Positions 19,438-38,702 of a DNA stretch of 64,000 nucleotides are shown here, one piece after another. The notes below the pieces were generated by a model. It searched no databases. It worked only from the letters and a program-made list of their open reading frames with translations, and was not told the DNA's origin. Position 1 is the stretch's first letter, and every line of letters starts with the position of its first letter. Both the position numbers and the translations under genes were made by a program. The DNA is from the human T2T-CHM13v2.0 reference genome, Homo sapiens. The DNA is taken from the NCBI RefSeq assembly GCF_009914755.1, contig NC_060930.1; one strand, given 5' to 3'.

Positions 19438-19600
19438 AGCCTTGCTACTTGAGGCATTCATGGATCAGCAATATTGGCATTCCCTGGGAGCTTGTTAGGA
19501 ATTCAGAATCTCAGGCCCCTCCCAGAACTCTTGAATAAGAATTTGCATTTTAACAAGATCACTGGGTGATTTGTGTGCACATTCGTTTAGAAGCACAGGT
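19438..19600. mobile_element. MER5-family hAT-Charlie MITE
   Basis: CCTGGGAGCTTGTTAGGAATTCAGAATCTCAGGCCCC...GCATTTTAACAAGATC...GGTGATT. Confidence 0.75.
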
Positions 19601-21606
19601 CTGAGTTATAATGCAAAGACATTAGTAAGCAATGTGAAACATATGATTGAAGCATGTGTGTTTTGATTATGAAAATCACAGAAGAGACATTAAAACATGG
19701 TGAGCTTTTATGTGTTTGCTGCCTCACCAACTAACAACTCAGCCTCATCACCTGCCTAGACCCCTCTTTTTGACTTGCTGTGTCTAGTTGTAGAGAAGTC
19801 TGTCTTCCCCGCTGGTTTATCAATTCATTGGGAACAAAGAAAAAAAATCTCCGTCTTTCTGAGTTTTACCAAGTGTTAGCAAAGACTGGATGCTATGTAG
19901 TTGTTCAATAATCACTTATATAGTCAACAAACATATAGGAAATGTATATTTGAGTAAGAATAAGACCTTATGCCTGGAGAGAGATGGTCAAGAAACCAAT
20001 CAAGTGGATGTAAAGATTACTGGTATTAAGACAGAAAAATGTAGAGGTAGAGTGGGAACCTGAGGAAGGGAGTTATCAGTTAGATTGGAGGGTGGTGGTG
20101 GTGATGCTGGGGGGCCTAATAGAGGGAGATGACAGGCAAACTGGCCAGAAAAGGCCATCTACATAGTGGAAACAGTTTTAATAAATGTGTAGTGTCATGA
20201 AACAATATGGCAGGCTCTGGGACCTTCTAGGAGCTCTGCATGGGTATTATGTAAGTAGGCAATACCGAACGAAATAAAAAAAATACTAGAAGAAAACATG
20301 CAAGATGTGCAAGCATCTTTTACTGTGAATGACAAAGCCTTCACTGAAATTTGAGATTTACTCTAGCACTGAGTGGTATTTCCCAAGGAGGGTCCCTTCT
20401 GGGGAGTGTTGTCTAGAAGATCACTATTCAATTTGGTTTAGACATGCTATCTTCCCCCTTTAACTCTGTGTCCAGTCAGGTTAAAGTGAAGAAGAACTTT
20501 ATGAACCACACAGTTAATTTGTTCAATGTAGGAAAAAATGAACTCTTTGGGGGTCTCTAAAAGACCTTGCTCAGCTAATTGCAAACTCATGCCTTTGATA
20601 TAAATTTTGACTTTAGCTTATAGAGTCATGAAATGACTGGAGTGCAGCAGGCTTTAGCCAAACATTATGGCTATATTAAAGATCAGTACTTCTCCTTGCA
20701 GTTGGATTGATTATTTAAAAATCTGTATCCATTATCGTGAAGATTGAAGAATGCCTTGGTAGGCTATGATGTGGTTTGGTCTTTGTGGGTAGGTAGGTTT
20801 AGCTTTGAACTCACATTATCATTCCCTTATCACTGAGACATAAAATAGGCTCTATGAATTTCAGAGGTAAAGGCTCCTAAACTGTGGTCCTGATAACTGA
20901 TTTTCAAACAGATAGCCATTAATTACAAGGGCTATTTATAGCATAGGGCTGAACTCAATCAGCTAAGGAGAAGAGTAAGGAAAAAAAGCTCTGTCCTCTA
21001 CAGACCTTTTAATTGTTAATGCTGAGCTGTTCCCCTGTTGCTAGATAAATCACAACCCTCATTTATTAGCATTTGGGCAGATTAGCTACTGTTTTCTAAT
21101 TAGAACATTGATTTCTAGGGAGCTCAGGCCATGAAAGAGGTAAGTTTTTAGTGACAGATGTAAAGGGTTAAAATAATATCTCCCCTCATAAGCAACAAGA
21201 TATGTTTGGAGGACATGTTTGTCATTTTTCATGCCACAGTTGGCTGTTTTAACACCCTCTCATGATCTCAGGGTTTGACCAGTGGCAGAATAAAGTGTCT
21301 TGGTCTTGAGTCACTGGTGGTCAAGTAGACAATACAAGTCCAGGACTACATACAGGAGGCATTATTCAACTTCATTAAGGCTACACTAAATTGCCCTCCC
21401 ATAATACCTACAAAATTAGAAAAAAATTTCAAAAACCCCTAAAAGTCATTATCAGCATAATGCAATAAACTTCAAAACATGGTCCCAACAAAACATGAGG
21501 ACTATGGAGTAAAGCAGAGAGGCAACATGGCTCAGCTCCTAACCTTAACCATCTTACCAGCTAGTCAACAAAAACCTGAGATTTCTAATTTATATTTTAA
21601 AATCTA

Positions 21607-21931
<325 letters not shown>

Positions 21932-22754
21932 GCTGCTCTTTTTATTGTTCTGAACAGAATGGTGGAAACACCTGCTGTGGAGAAACGAGTGAAAAAGTAT
22001 CTGCACCTTAAAAGAGGTAGAGATTCTGGAACACAATTGGGAAATAATACAAGCTGAGCGTATCCCCCAATGGAACTGAGATATGCCTCCAGTTGTGGGG
22101 GTGGGTTCTGGAGTGACAGATGTAGGAGAATCTTAAGGGAAAGAGCAGACCCTAAGCATGATACCAAAGATTGTTCATCTTCTAATACTGTAGTCCTCAC
22201 TCCAATCTCTTGCAGAGTACTGAAGAGTAGATAGAATGTGGTACATTGGCCTCAAATTGTAGTTCAGAAGTGAGATCAAACTAACCTTAGATGGAGAAGA
22301 ATTTCATTTATTACAGCAAATAGAACGTCTAGAGACAAGAATGATGCAAGTTTGAGCATAAATATAGGGAAAAGAAACTGCATGCAGAGGAAGAGACAGA
22401 AAGAGAGAGAGGGAGAGATCATGAAAAAATATACATAGAAGAAAACGAAATTAAGGAGCATAAGTCATTTTTCTCACAACCTTTTAGGAGATCACAGACC
22501 AAGGCAACAAATTGAGGACCAAATCATACCATTACAGAGCTAATAATAAATTATAAACTGCAAGAAACAGAATACATATTATTAAAAATAAAAATTAATG
22601 ACATAGAAGAAAACTTGAGATATCAAAGAAAATACTAATAAAAAACCAAAGTGATGAATTATTTAGAGAGATTCTAATAGTACCATAGTTATGGAAAACA
22701 AAGATGATACAACATAAGGATGATTAGTGTCCTTAAAATAGAGAACCCAAGGAT

Positions 22755-27527
<4,773 letters not shown>

Positions 27528-28089
27528 ACATTGTCGAACATGAAGTACTTCAGGGAATATGGTACCTATCATAACCAAACTATTAATACTTGAAAGTGAT
27601 ATCAAAATAATTAGGGGCTGAGTCAAACAAAGAACCCAGGAACAGAGACTCTGTGATAACAGATTCAGGGGTGAGAAAACTCTATATAAGTTAAGCATCT
27701 TTGGGATTTACAGTTACAGATGAATTTTAAGACTTGATAATATAAAAACAATAATCATCCTAAGAAAAAAGATAGGAGAAAGAGGAGAGGAACAGTGAAA
27801 ATGGTAATGTTTTAGTGTGTGGGTCTCTCAGTTAATTGATACCATCTAACATTAAAGTATAATTTAAAAGTACATAATTACTTTATTCTTTTAATGGTTT
27901 TTATAATTTTTAATAACCTTAGGAAAACCTGTTAAGAAATGATATCTCTTGTAGTGAAGAAATATTTATTTGAAGTTTAATAATTTCTTCTGTTGCAATT
28001 TAATTTCTTTCCTATTAAAGTAAAATTCAATAAAACTTAAAATTAAATAGAATTTGGGTACAATTACATGTAATACTTTCAAATTAAGT

Positions 28090-29500
28090 AGCATGACACC
28101 ATTTGGTATAAATACAAACAGATCAATGTGACACAATAGAGAACACAGAAATAGACTCACACAAATACAGTTAACTAATTTGTGATAAAGTTGCAAAGGA
28201 AATTTTATGGATAAAGGATAATCATTTCAAAAAATGAGGTGGCATCAATTGGATATTCATATGCAAAAATACGAGCTTTGATTCATACCTTGCACCATAT
28301 GTAAAAATGAACTCAAAATGAACCTTAGACCTAAATATAAAACCTAGGGTTATAAAACTTCTAAAAGGAAGCAAAGGAGAAAATTGTGTGATCTTAGGTT
28401 AGGCAGTTTCCTTAGATAAAATATGAAAAGCATGATCCATAAAAAAATTTGTAAATCAGACTTCATAAAAATTAAGAACCTTTGCTCTTTGAAAGGCCCT
28501 GTGAAGAGAATGAAAAAATAAAACTAGAGTGGAAGAAGATATTTGTAAATCCTTTATCTGATTAAAAAGAAAAAACTTGTATCCAGAATATGTAAAGAAC
28601 CCTTGAAACTCAATAGTAAGAAAACAAACACAACCTTAAAACAAGAGAAAAATATTGGAACAGATATTCCATCAAAGAAAATACGTGGGTGGCCAATCAC
28701 AACAAAAGATGCTCAGTATCATCAGCCATTAAGGAAATGCAAATCAAAACCACAGCAAGGTAACATTGGACATCTATTTAAAAGTCTAAGATTAAAAAGA
28801 CTGATCATATGAAGTGTCCGGGAGGATATGCAACACTTTAGACTCTCATATGCTGCTGGTGGGAATGTAAAATGCCCATCCAATTTAGGAAACAGTTTGG
28901 TAGTTTCTTAAAAATTAAACCTATGTTTAGCTTATGACCCAGCCACCTCACTCCTAGGTATTTACCTAAGAGAAATAAAAGCTTACGTCTATACAAAGAC
29001 TTTTACTAAAGTCTTCCAAGCTAAAGTTTCTGGCTTTATTTGTAAGAGGCAAAAACGGAAAATGGCCTAAATGTCCATCCACAAGTAAATACATGGGCAA
29101 ATAGTGATTCATCCATACAATGAAACACTACTACTCAGCAATAAAGAGGTATGAACTACTGAAACAAAAAACAGCATGGATGAAGCTCAGAATACAGTAA
29201 GGAAGCATAAAAGAAGCCTCACAAGGAGTACATACTGCATGATTATATTTGTGTAAAAGTCTAGAAAACACAAATCAATGTATAATGACAGAAGGCTGAG
29301 CAGTGATGGGGGATGGTACACAAAGCAGGGAGTGGTTTAAGGAAGAAATTACAATAAGGAAACTTCTGGGGGCAATGGATATATTCATTATTTTGATTTT
29401 AGTGTTCGTTTCATGGGTACATATACATGTCAACATTATCCAATTGTACATTAAGTATGCACATTTTATTGTCAACTATATCTCAATAAAGCTGTGAAAA
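28090..29500 (+). mobile_element. Ancient L1M ORF2 3' part and 3'UTR
   Basis: Decayed ORF2 C-terminal sequence ending in ...ACTATATCTCAATAAAGCTG. Confidence 0.75.
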
Positions 29501-31089
29501 TCAATGAAGACTTTTAAATTAAACCAGCATCTATAGTATAATATTATCTATGATTTTAAAATTATTTCTCCTGTATAATTCAAAGAATAGAAATAGCCCT
29601 AAAACATGACCCGTACTGGACTTCTGTTTAATTTTGGTCATTGGAATATGAGCAGATTCTAACTTGATACTGAAAAATAAAGAAATGTGACATTTCTTGA
29701 TTCTTCAATTTCCTGTAGCGCAGACCTTTACATTTTGTATAGTTACTATTTCTTTCTGCTTTTTAAAAAAATATGCAAGGGTACTTTTCTCCTCTGTGTG
29801 CATTTTATATGGCTATGATGAAATGACTTTTCTCTGTTATAAACCTATCATATTCCGTTAAATTTCATTGTTAAAAGTTATGTCCTCATAAAGGCTAGGA
29901 TTTCCATAACTCTTTTAGAAAATAGTCTTATACCTAATTTTGTCCACAATGGTTTCTCAAAGACCATTGGAAATGAATTTTGATGTTGGGTAACACGAAC
30001 TAACATCAAAGGCCTAGCGTTAAGTTTGGCAAGGAGAAGAATTATTTCCTGTAGAAAATCGTTTCCAGGTTTTGTGAACCACAAATCCCCAGCTACAGTG
30101 TGGTGGTGACCAGACTTAATCACAGGTGGAAGTGGTGTGGTGGATGTCAGATTGTGCTTCATGACATGCTAGGGTTTTGCAAAAGAAACTCAGTAGTTAC
30201 GGTGTTGTGGGGTGGGGCAGGTGAGAATTGAATGTTGATAGTCAAGGCTGCAGTCACCACCTTTCTTTAATAATAGCTGCTCTGCTTTTTCTCTTTTATG
30301 TATTTGGATTCAATTGCTGTTTGAAAAAATTGTTCTAAAAAATAAAATTTAAAAGGTCACAGTTCTGGGAATGTAGAGATCTGTTTTTGTGCCTGCTCCG
30401 CCATTTGCCAAGTTATGTTGTAAGGATAGGAAGGGAGATGAGCTGAAGGTCAAGTACTCAGGTTATTCCATGGGCAGGCATCCCAGAAAATGCACAAGAA
30501 AAAAGAAATAGGGTAGCAGCAATTCTATTTCTTCCCTTGCCTGGCTCTTCATCCTTGATTTTCTTCTGGGCTTTTATGGCACTTACAACAGCCAGGGTCA
30601 CATACTTGGTCGAAAGGAAAGGAAAATCATCTACCATGTCTTTGGTTTTTCATAGTGGTTTGCTTAATAACAAGCTGTTTTCTGCCTTGTTGTTGCTGGA
30701 AATGTTATTCTCGCTCCCTGGAATGTCCATCCACACTCAAACCTCTTCTTTACCTGGTGCCCTATTGATCCTTTAAAACTCAGCTGGTTTCACCCTGGGA
30801 ATCTTTACTTATCACCTTGATTTGGATGTCCTTACTCTTTGATCACATAGTACTCTTTGCATAGTACTATCCATTTATCACATTGTATTGTGTCATTGGT
30901 TAGACTGTCCTTGTTCTTTTCCCAGACTTTATGTTCACAGAAGGAAGGAAGGCACTATGCTGTTTTGACTTTATATTCCCAGGGCTAGCACAGAGTGGGA
31001 ACTCAATAAGTTCTGTTGAATGAATGGATGTGCTATCACTGGAAGATGGCTATAGGCTACATTTTAATACTTCTTTAATAGATCAAGAC

Positions 31090-32660
31090 AACGGGACAGT
31101 TAGAATGCCAATAGGCACTTCATTAAAGCTGGAAAGTTGTTTCCAAAATTTACATAGCAATACAAAGGATCTAGAATAATTAAACATAATATTGAAAAAG
31201 AAGAACAAAAATGAATGACTACCTGATTTGAAGGTTTACTAGAGGAAAGCAGTAAAAAAGGCAGTGTGGTATTGTCATAAGGACATACATATAAACTAAT
31301 GAAACAGAAAAGAGAGTCTAGAAATAGATCCATACTCATGTAGACATTTGATTTCTGACAAAGTCACCAAAGCAATTCAATGAAGAAAATGACAGTCTTT
31401 TCAACAAAGAAACTCTTTGCAACGAATGAAAGCCTTTCCAACAGTCTTTTCAACAAATGCTGGTGGAACAAATGGATAAATTTGGAAAAAATAAGATTTG
31501 ATCCCTACCTCACACAACACCAAAAGGTAACTCAAGATGGATCATAGACCACAATGTAAAAGTTCAAATTATAAAGCTTCAAAAATAAAACATAGGAGAA
31601 ATAGTGGCAAACATGGGCAAATAGTGATTCATGTGAAAGTCTTCATGTGGAAAGAACATTTACTGGGGATGACTATTAAAGAACAATGAAAAAATTTGAT
31701 TTTATAAAATTTAAAAACTTTTGTTACTTAAAATATGCCATTTATAAAATATAACTACAAGCCATAGTTTGGGGAAAATATGTTCTATACATATCTGACA
31801 AATGAGAGGTATATACACAGAGCAACTATAACTTAATAATAAAAGTACAAATGACTGAATAAGAAAATCAGTAGACTTGAAAACATGCTGCATATATATA
31901 TATATATATATAGCCAATAAATGTATTAAAAGATGCTCAAAATCATTAGCCATCAGGGAAATGAAAATTAAAACTACAATGAAATGCCACTATATACCCA
32001 TTTGATTGGTTAAAATTAAAAAGGTTCAAGACATCAAGAATAGGTGAAGCTGTGGAGAAACTGGAACTCTCATATGTTGCTGGCAGGAATGTAAAACAGT
32101 AGAGCTGCTTTGGAAAACTAGCCAATTCTTATAAAGTTAAATATATACATACTTTCTGATCTAGGCATGCTCTCTTTAGCTATTTACTCCAGATATATGA
32201 AAACACATACACAAAAACACTTGTACAAGAATGTTTATAGTAACTGTATTCATAATAGCTTCACATTGGAAACATCTTAAACATGCATCAATAGGTGAAT
32301 GGATAGACAAATTGTGATATACAATGCAATAAAATACTTCTTAGTAATGGTAAGGAAAGCATTGAAAACACATGTAACAGTTGATGGAGTAAGAGAAGCC
32401 AGCCCTATTTCTACTGTGTGAATCCATTTATGTAAAGTTGAAGAATAGACAAATGTAACCCATTGCAAGAAATCAGAATAGTAGCTACCTAATGAGGTGG
32501 GGATTGACCGGAAGAAGCACGAGGGAAACTTCTGAGCTTGTGGAAATGTCTATATTTTGATTGGGGTGGTGATTACCCCAATCAAAAGTCATTGAATTGT
32601 GCATTTAATATCCATGATTTTTTACTGTATGTAAATTTTACTTCAATTAAAAAAAATCCT
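31090..32660 (+). mobile_element. Second ancient L1M ORF2 3' part and 3'UTR, with (TA)n near 31893-31911
   Basis: Decayed ORF2 motifs ending in ...TTTTACTTCAATTAAAAAAA. Confidence 0.75.
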
Positions 32661-35600
32661 GTAACTAACTGTAATGAATAGTATGAAGCATATAACTACC
32701 GATATATGAATGTCCTTTGGTATATATATGACCCAAGCTCTGATAGGGGTGGGTAATTAGACTCATTTTTCATGATAACTATGACCACAGGAAATTATTA
32801 ACCTTGTCTCTCTCAGTATCTGAGGATGCTCATTTGGCCAAAACATATTTTACTAATTGACAATAATGAGAGAAATAAGCAAATGTGGACTGAGAGAGAG
32901 AAACTGAGATTTCAAGGTCTCCAAGTGTGGCCTGCTGTTTTCATTGCCATACCACTGCTGCATGGTGTAGAGCTGGTATAGAACAGGCCTCAAAAATATC
33001 TGAATTAAAGGAATGGACGTATGAGAGAGGGAAAAATGCAGAGCAGGAAGAGGAAAAAGGGAAGGATGTAACAGGAGGAGACAGGGGAAAGAAAGAGGGT
33101 ATGAAGGGAACCCAAGGTGCATGAAGCTGTGCATATCCTAAAGGGCTGAGCTGGCTTTGCTTTGCTCCTTTGCTATCCATCTATCCTGGGGATGCTGGCC
33201 CCAGGAGACCAGAGCAGCACCAACCGCTCAGCTTGGAGGGAGTGCTGTAAAGCATCCCTGTGCTTCAGAAATAGCCTGTGTGATTACAGAATAGCTGCAG
33301 CATTGAAACCTCATTCCAGGAAGCAATTCAGGGAAAGCAGACATTTAGATTGCCCATGATTATCACATTCGAGAGATGCCTTGTAATAAATGTCTGTTTT
33401 TCTCCAAAAATATGGGGTGAAGAGGCATAAGAAATGTAAGCTTAATAATTGAGAAACCAAGCTGTTTGACCACAAATGGAAACTTCATTACACTGCTGGC
33501 TTTTACCATAAGAGAAAAAAGATAATGTCTGAGCAGTTCATCGTCCCCCCACTGCCCCCACCTGAAAGAGAAGGATTGAATCAGACAGGACATGTAAAAG
33601 GCATTATATCTGTATCCAAGGAGCTCATGTGACCTGGAGAGAGGACAGACAGAGGACAAATCCAGGGGAAATAGAACATTGTGTGTGAATTAGTGGGGCC
33701 AGGCAACTCATGACCCACCCCCAGTGCTACCAGCAACCTTGGATAAAGTTACTTAACTTCCTGATGCCTCAGTCTCTCCACCTGCACTTTGGTTATTTAT
33801 GGAATGGATTTATGCAATTTCTCAAAAGTGGCTATGAAGATACTTTCTGTTAGATAAATTCTATTTTCCCACTGGCTTCCAATATATCTGTCAATTTTTT
33901 AAAAATCTTCAATGAACAGAAATGAAAATCCCTGGTGAATAAGGTGACCTTATAGTATTGTTTACTTTGAATACATTAGAGAATTGCTTTGAGTCTGTAC
34001 CTCTCATTCATCATTGAATTCCCTGGGTCATTTTAGAATCATAGAAATGACTTTCATTCTTAGAAATACCTTGACTTTAACTTTAATGGTTTTCTAAAAA
34101 ATCTTTTTAGAGTTGGTAATTTAGTACTTTACTCTGTTGGACTACAGTAACACTCTTCATTAATATAAATCAGTGGATTCTCCCAAAGTTGTCACCCCGA
34201 GAGCTCCTACTAATTGATATGCGTTATAATTGGAAAGGTTGCAAGGAACACCGGAGGCTTCTGCCTTTTTCTGCTGTTCCAAACTGAGAAATTTCATTCC
34301 TGATATGAATCATAGAAAGAGACAATAACACTTTTAAATAAAAGCTGATAGGGTTGGAGACCCAGAAGCTCTGGATGGAGACTCAAGTCCATGATGGAAC
34401 CTACATCTGGCAGTGGTCACCACCTGGGGAATTTTGACCTCTAGGCATCTGTGGGTTAGTAATGCAGGTAGGCTGTTGTCGCTTTTATAAAAGACCAGAT
34501 GGAAGTTGTATCTTTACCCCCACAAAGTGACACCGAATCATATTCAGTGTGGTCATACTCATTATCTGGTAGAGATGATTACCACCACCGCCACCATCAT
34601 TAGAAGTTCCCATTGGCAGTTATATAAATCTGACACAAGAATGGGGTAACAAGGTATTATTACATAATCATGATTTGTTTTGATAGATGAACTTTTTCAA
34701 AAATTAAAATCCATATGGGTAAATGCGAAAAAGTTCCTTGGTGATTTAGAAATGCCAAGGACAATGCCCATTGAGCACCTGGGTCCTCAGATGTATCTAC
34801 GACCGTTCACTCCAAAAAAAGAGGTTTAAGCTGCTTTATAAACCAAAGGATGGGTTAGATATTGCTTTGTAATTAAAATTTTTCTTAATAAAACTGTTAC
34901 GAAAGTACCTTGTGACTGGTCTGTATGATCAAGGAATAAACTTTAGAAATAAATACAAACTTTATATATTTATTTCTGTCTTTACAGTTCATTTGGGATG
35001 ACTCAGGTGTGAAATTTCTAATCAAAGTGAACTTTTAAATGTAATCTGAATATTTATAATTAAGGTTTGTTGCATGAAGAGGTTTGCTCAACGTGAAGCT
35101 TCCTATAAGATGACCAAGTAAACAATTGAAAGAAAATGAACAAAACATGGTTTTATAGTTAACCCCTTGAGGAGCTGCTTGGCAAGATATAAAAGTAGTT
35201 ATGTCATTACTGTCTTTTTCATGCATGGAAAGAAAAAAATCTTTCTAAATACTGGGACAAAAAGAGGGGGAGGAAAAGATGGACAAAGGGAAAATAACTT
35301 TATTTTCTGTTTATCTGTAGGATCACAGATGCATGAGGATCAGAAGCACTAAAGTCCATTTCATCTCAAAGGTCTACAGTCATTCATCTTGTACTGTGTC
35401 CTAGAAAAATCCAGGACCTACTCCGAATTGTGGTCAGTTTGATTTACTAGCTGAAGTTCAAGATTTTTTTACAATGCTAAAGAGTACATCGAACATCGAT
35501 TGGTTAAAAAAGTTTAGTCATGAGTTAGTTCCCAAAAGGCATAGTCAGAGCAAAGTATTAATGGGGATTAATGATGGCATTGTGGTTCGATATTAGCAAA

Positions 35601-36276
35601 AGGCCAGGGTTAAAAATAAATGCATACATCTCAAGGGAAGCTGGATAGTCCAGGATGGCAGCAGTACAAACACTGAAATTTAAAAATATGTAACTATATT
35701 GACGTTTTTTTCTCTCCTCCTACTTTCCTAATTTTCTCATTAATATTACCTTTTTTCTTACTACAACTGAATCAGAATACCATGGATCAAGTAACTGTAA
35801 ATGTTGAGATCCTATGGAATAAACTTCAGTTGTGTCAACCTTAGTTTTCTGAATTGCAAAACAAACAAGCCCCCAGAAGAGCAAATAACCCCCTACTACA
35901 TTTTTCTTCAGTGCTTTTGGTGACTAGCTGTTTGTATATAATTTCCACCATGGAGAAAGGGTTTCTTCAAATAATAGCATGGTTAATTACTGTGGGACCT
36001 CAGATATTCTTCTATCTTTTGATCCAATGTTTAGTCCTGGGAAACCTTTGAGCTACATTTGAGAGATTTGCTTTCCCATACAACCCTATGCTTATTTCCA
36101 TCACAGAATTTGCCATGCTGAGCTAAAATTTTCTATTTACTAGTCTGTGTTCTCTGTTAGACTGTAAGCTTTGTGAAGGCAGAAACTTAATTTTGTTCAC
36201 AATTGTACTCCAGTGTTCAGACTGGTAGATTGCCATAAACATTTGTCAAACAAATGAGTAAATACTGAGTGTTTTA

Positions 36277-36575
36277 CCACCATCACCACCACCACTACCA
36301 CTATCACCACCATCATAAATCACCACCACCACCACATTACGCCATCACCACCACTACCACCATCACTCCCACCACCATCACTCCTACCATCACCACCACC
36401 ATCACCGTCACCATCTCCACCACCACCATCACCATCATCATCACTATCACCACCATAATCACCCTACCATCACCACCATTATTATCACAATCACTATCAC
36501 CACCACCGTCACCACCACCATCATCACTAACTCTATCACCACCACCACCAAACACCACCACCATTATCATATCAT
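36277..36575. repeat. (CAC/CAT)n degenerate trinucleotide low-complexity repeat
   Basis: About 300 bp of caccatcaccac variants. Confidence 0.92.
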
Positions 36576-38174
36576 ATTTGGTACCTGATCGTCTTTGGAA
36601 GCTCATTCTCCAGGGCCCCAGTGCCTATGGCTATTTAGAATCCTCTGATTGATACCTTTCTTCACTTATTCCCCATTTTCAATAATTTGCCTCATCTGGG
36701 CTCCATTCCCTTGGGGCTCTCTTCTTTTCTAGGAAATGGCAACTCAATCTTACATAATTATTGTGTTATTGGCAATAACGTGTTGATAGTGGCCCTCTAA
36801 GGTAATATGATCTGAGAGTAAGGACCATATCTGGTTTCAGCTCAGCCACTTATTTGCTGTGTGACTTTGAGTGAGGGACACCACTTCCAAGGGCTTCTGC
36901 TTCCTCACCCAGAAGACTCTTGGAGAGTCCTCCCCATTGCACACGCTGGTTCAGCATGTGTTTCGACACAGATCCTCCACTGGTAATGCCTTGACCCACT
37001 GGAGCAAATATGGATGGAGGTGGTACATGTAGGTGTGTCACAGTGAATAACGAGCCTTTATCTGCAGTAACGGCAGCCTTTGCAGAAGCAGCTGCATCTC
37101 CTTGGGGGAAATTCTCTGCCCATAGTTGCTGCCAGATCCTATCAGTCGGGAGGCAGGAACAGGCATAGACAGGTAACCACGCCGCAGTAATGCCAGGTGG
37201 TTGCACAGCCTTCCCTTTTCCCCAGAACCATGCTGCCCTTGTCACAATATGTCACGGCCCACCTTCTTTGATAGTCTGACTCAGGGCTCAGAGTCCATGT
37301 CTGGCTTATTCACAGAAACTTGGGGCTAGCAATAGAATGCTTTATTAATGCCATGTGAGGGAAGTAAGTGTTCGGATGGCACAAAGTTAAGCATTCTCCT
37401 TAGCTTTCTCTGGCAATTTTCCTGGTGGGAACTGTCACATCAGAAATGCATTGGAAAGAAAGCAGCAATCAAGCAATGCAATTTAAAGGGAGAAGTATAA
37501 CTGTGGGCAAGTTTCTTCATTTTTTCTAATTGCTTCTCTTTTTTTTCTTTTCTCTCTTAAATCAATCTGCAGTATAGCTTGGTAAAATGCACCACTCAGT
37601 ATTTAAAGGAGCCTAAGCAAAAGTTAGCTTATGTAAGGTTATAATATCTCAGGCCTAATCTCTAGATGATGAGAATACAGGATTTTGGACTTGCTTTCTC
37701 CTGGGAAACTCCAATAGCCCCAGGCTGTCCAGATTGTCATAACTTTTCCTACTTTTACATCAAAGTGAAATAACAGCAACTCAATATAAGAACAAGGGAA
37801 GTTACTGAATGTATAAAGGAAAAAATAGAAGAAGGGAGAGCACTATTTTGAAGAATAAAAGAGTATTCTTGCTGCCAATGTGGTTTGAGTACAGAGACAA
37901 AATTTCACTTTAAAGACAAAGATGCGAGGCCAGCAGAGGTGAGTTATTTACCCTGGGTCACATAGTAAGTTAATAGCACAACCAGAATCAAGGTCCAATC
38001 CCTCGACACGAGCTGAGTCGCTTCCCATATGATGCTGCCTTCACTTTCTTTTCAGTCAAGGATGAAAACCAGCAGGTTTTGAGTGAGTTAGGAAGACAGA
38101 TTCGCTATGCAGGTGAGAAGAGAGTGTTACTTACATTCCATAGGTGGAGAAACTGAGTCACAGAGGGGTTTAGT

Positions 38175-38358
38175 GCTGTCATCCTCACTAAGGGTGATTT
38201 TTACCCCCAGTAGACATTTGGTAATATGTGGAATCAGTTTGAGTTGTCACAACTGGTAAGGGAACAGTTATGACAACTTGCATCCCCCAGGTAGAAGATA
38301 GGGATGTCGTTAAACATTCTACACAGGACAACCTTCTACAACAAACAATTACCCAAGG
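38175..38358. mobile_element. MER20 (hAT-Charlie) remnant within MIR-like sequence
   Basis: GGGTGATTTTTACCCCCAG..GACATTTGGTAATAT...GTTGTCACAACTGG...AGGGATGTCGTTAAACATTCTAC. Confidence 0.75.
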
Positions 38359-38426
38359 TCACATACAATAAATATAAATATACTGAACAATAAATATTTT
38401 TATCTGGGGATTGTGCACTTAAAATC

Positions 38427-38702
<276 letters not shown>

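Noticed and set aside
36269-36652. His/Thr/Pro-rich and Val/Met/Gly-rich ORFs
   Set aside because: Translations of a CAC/CAT low-complexity repeat.
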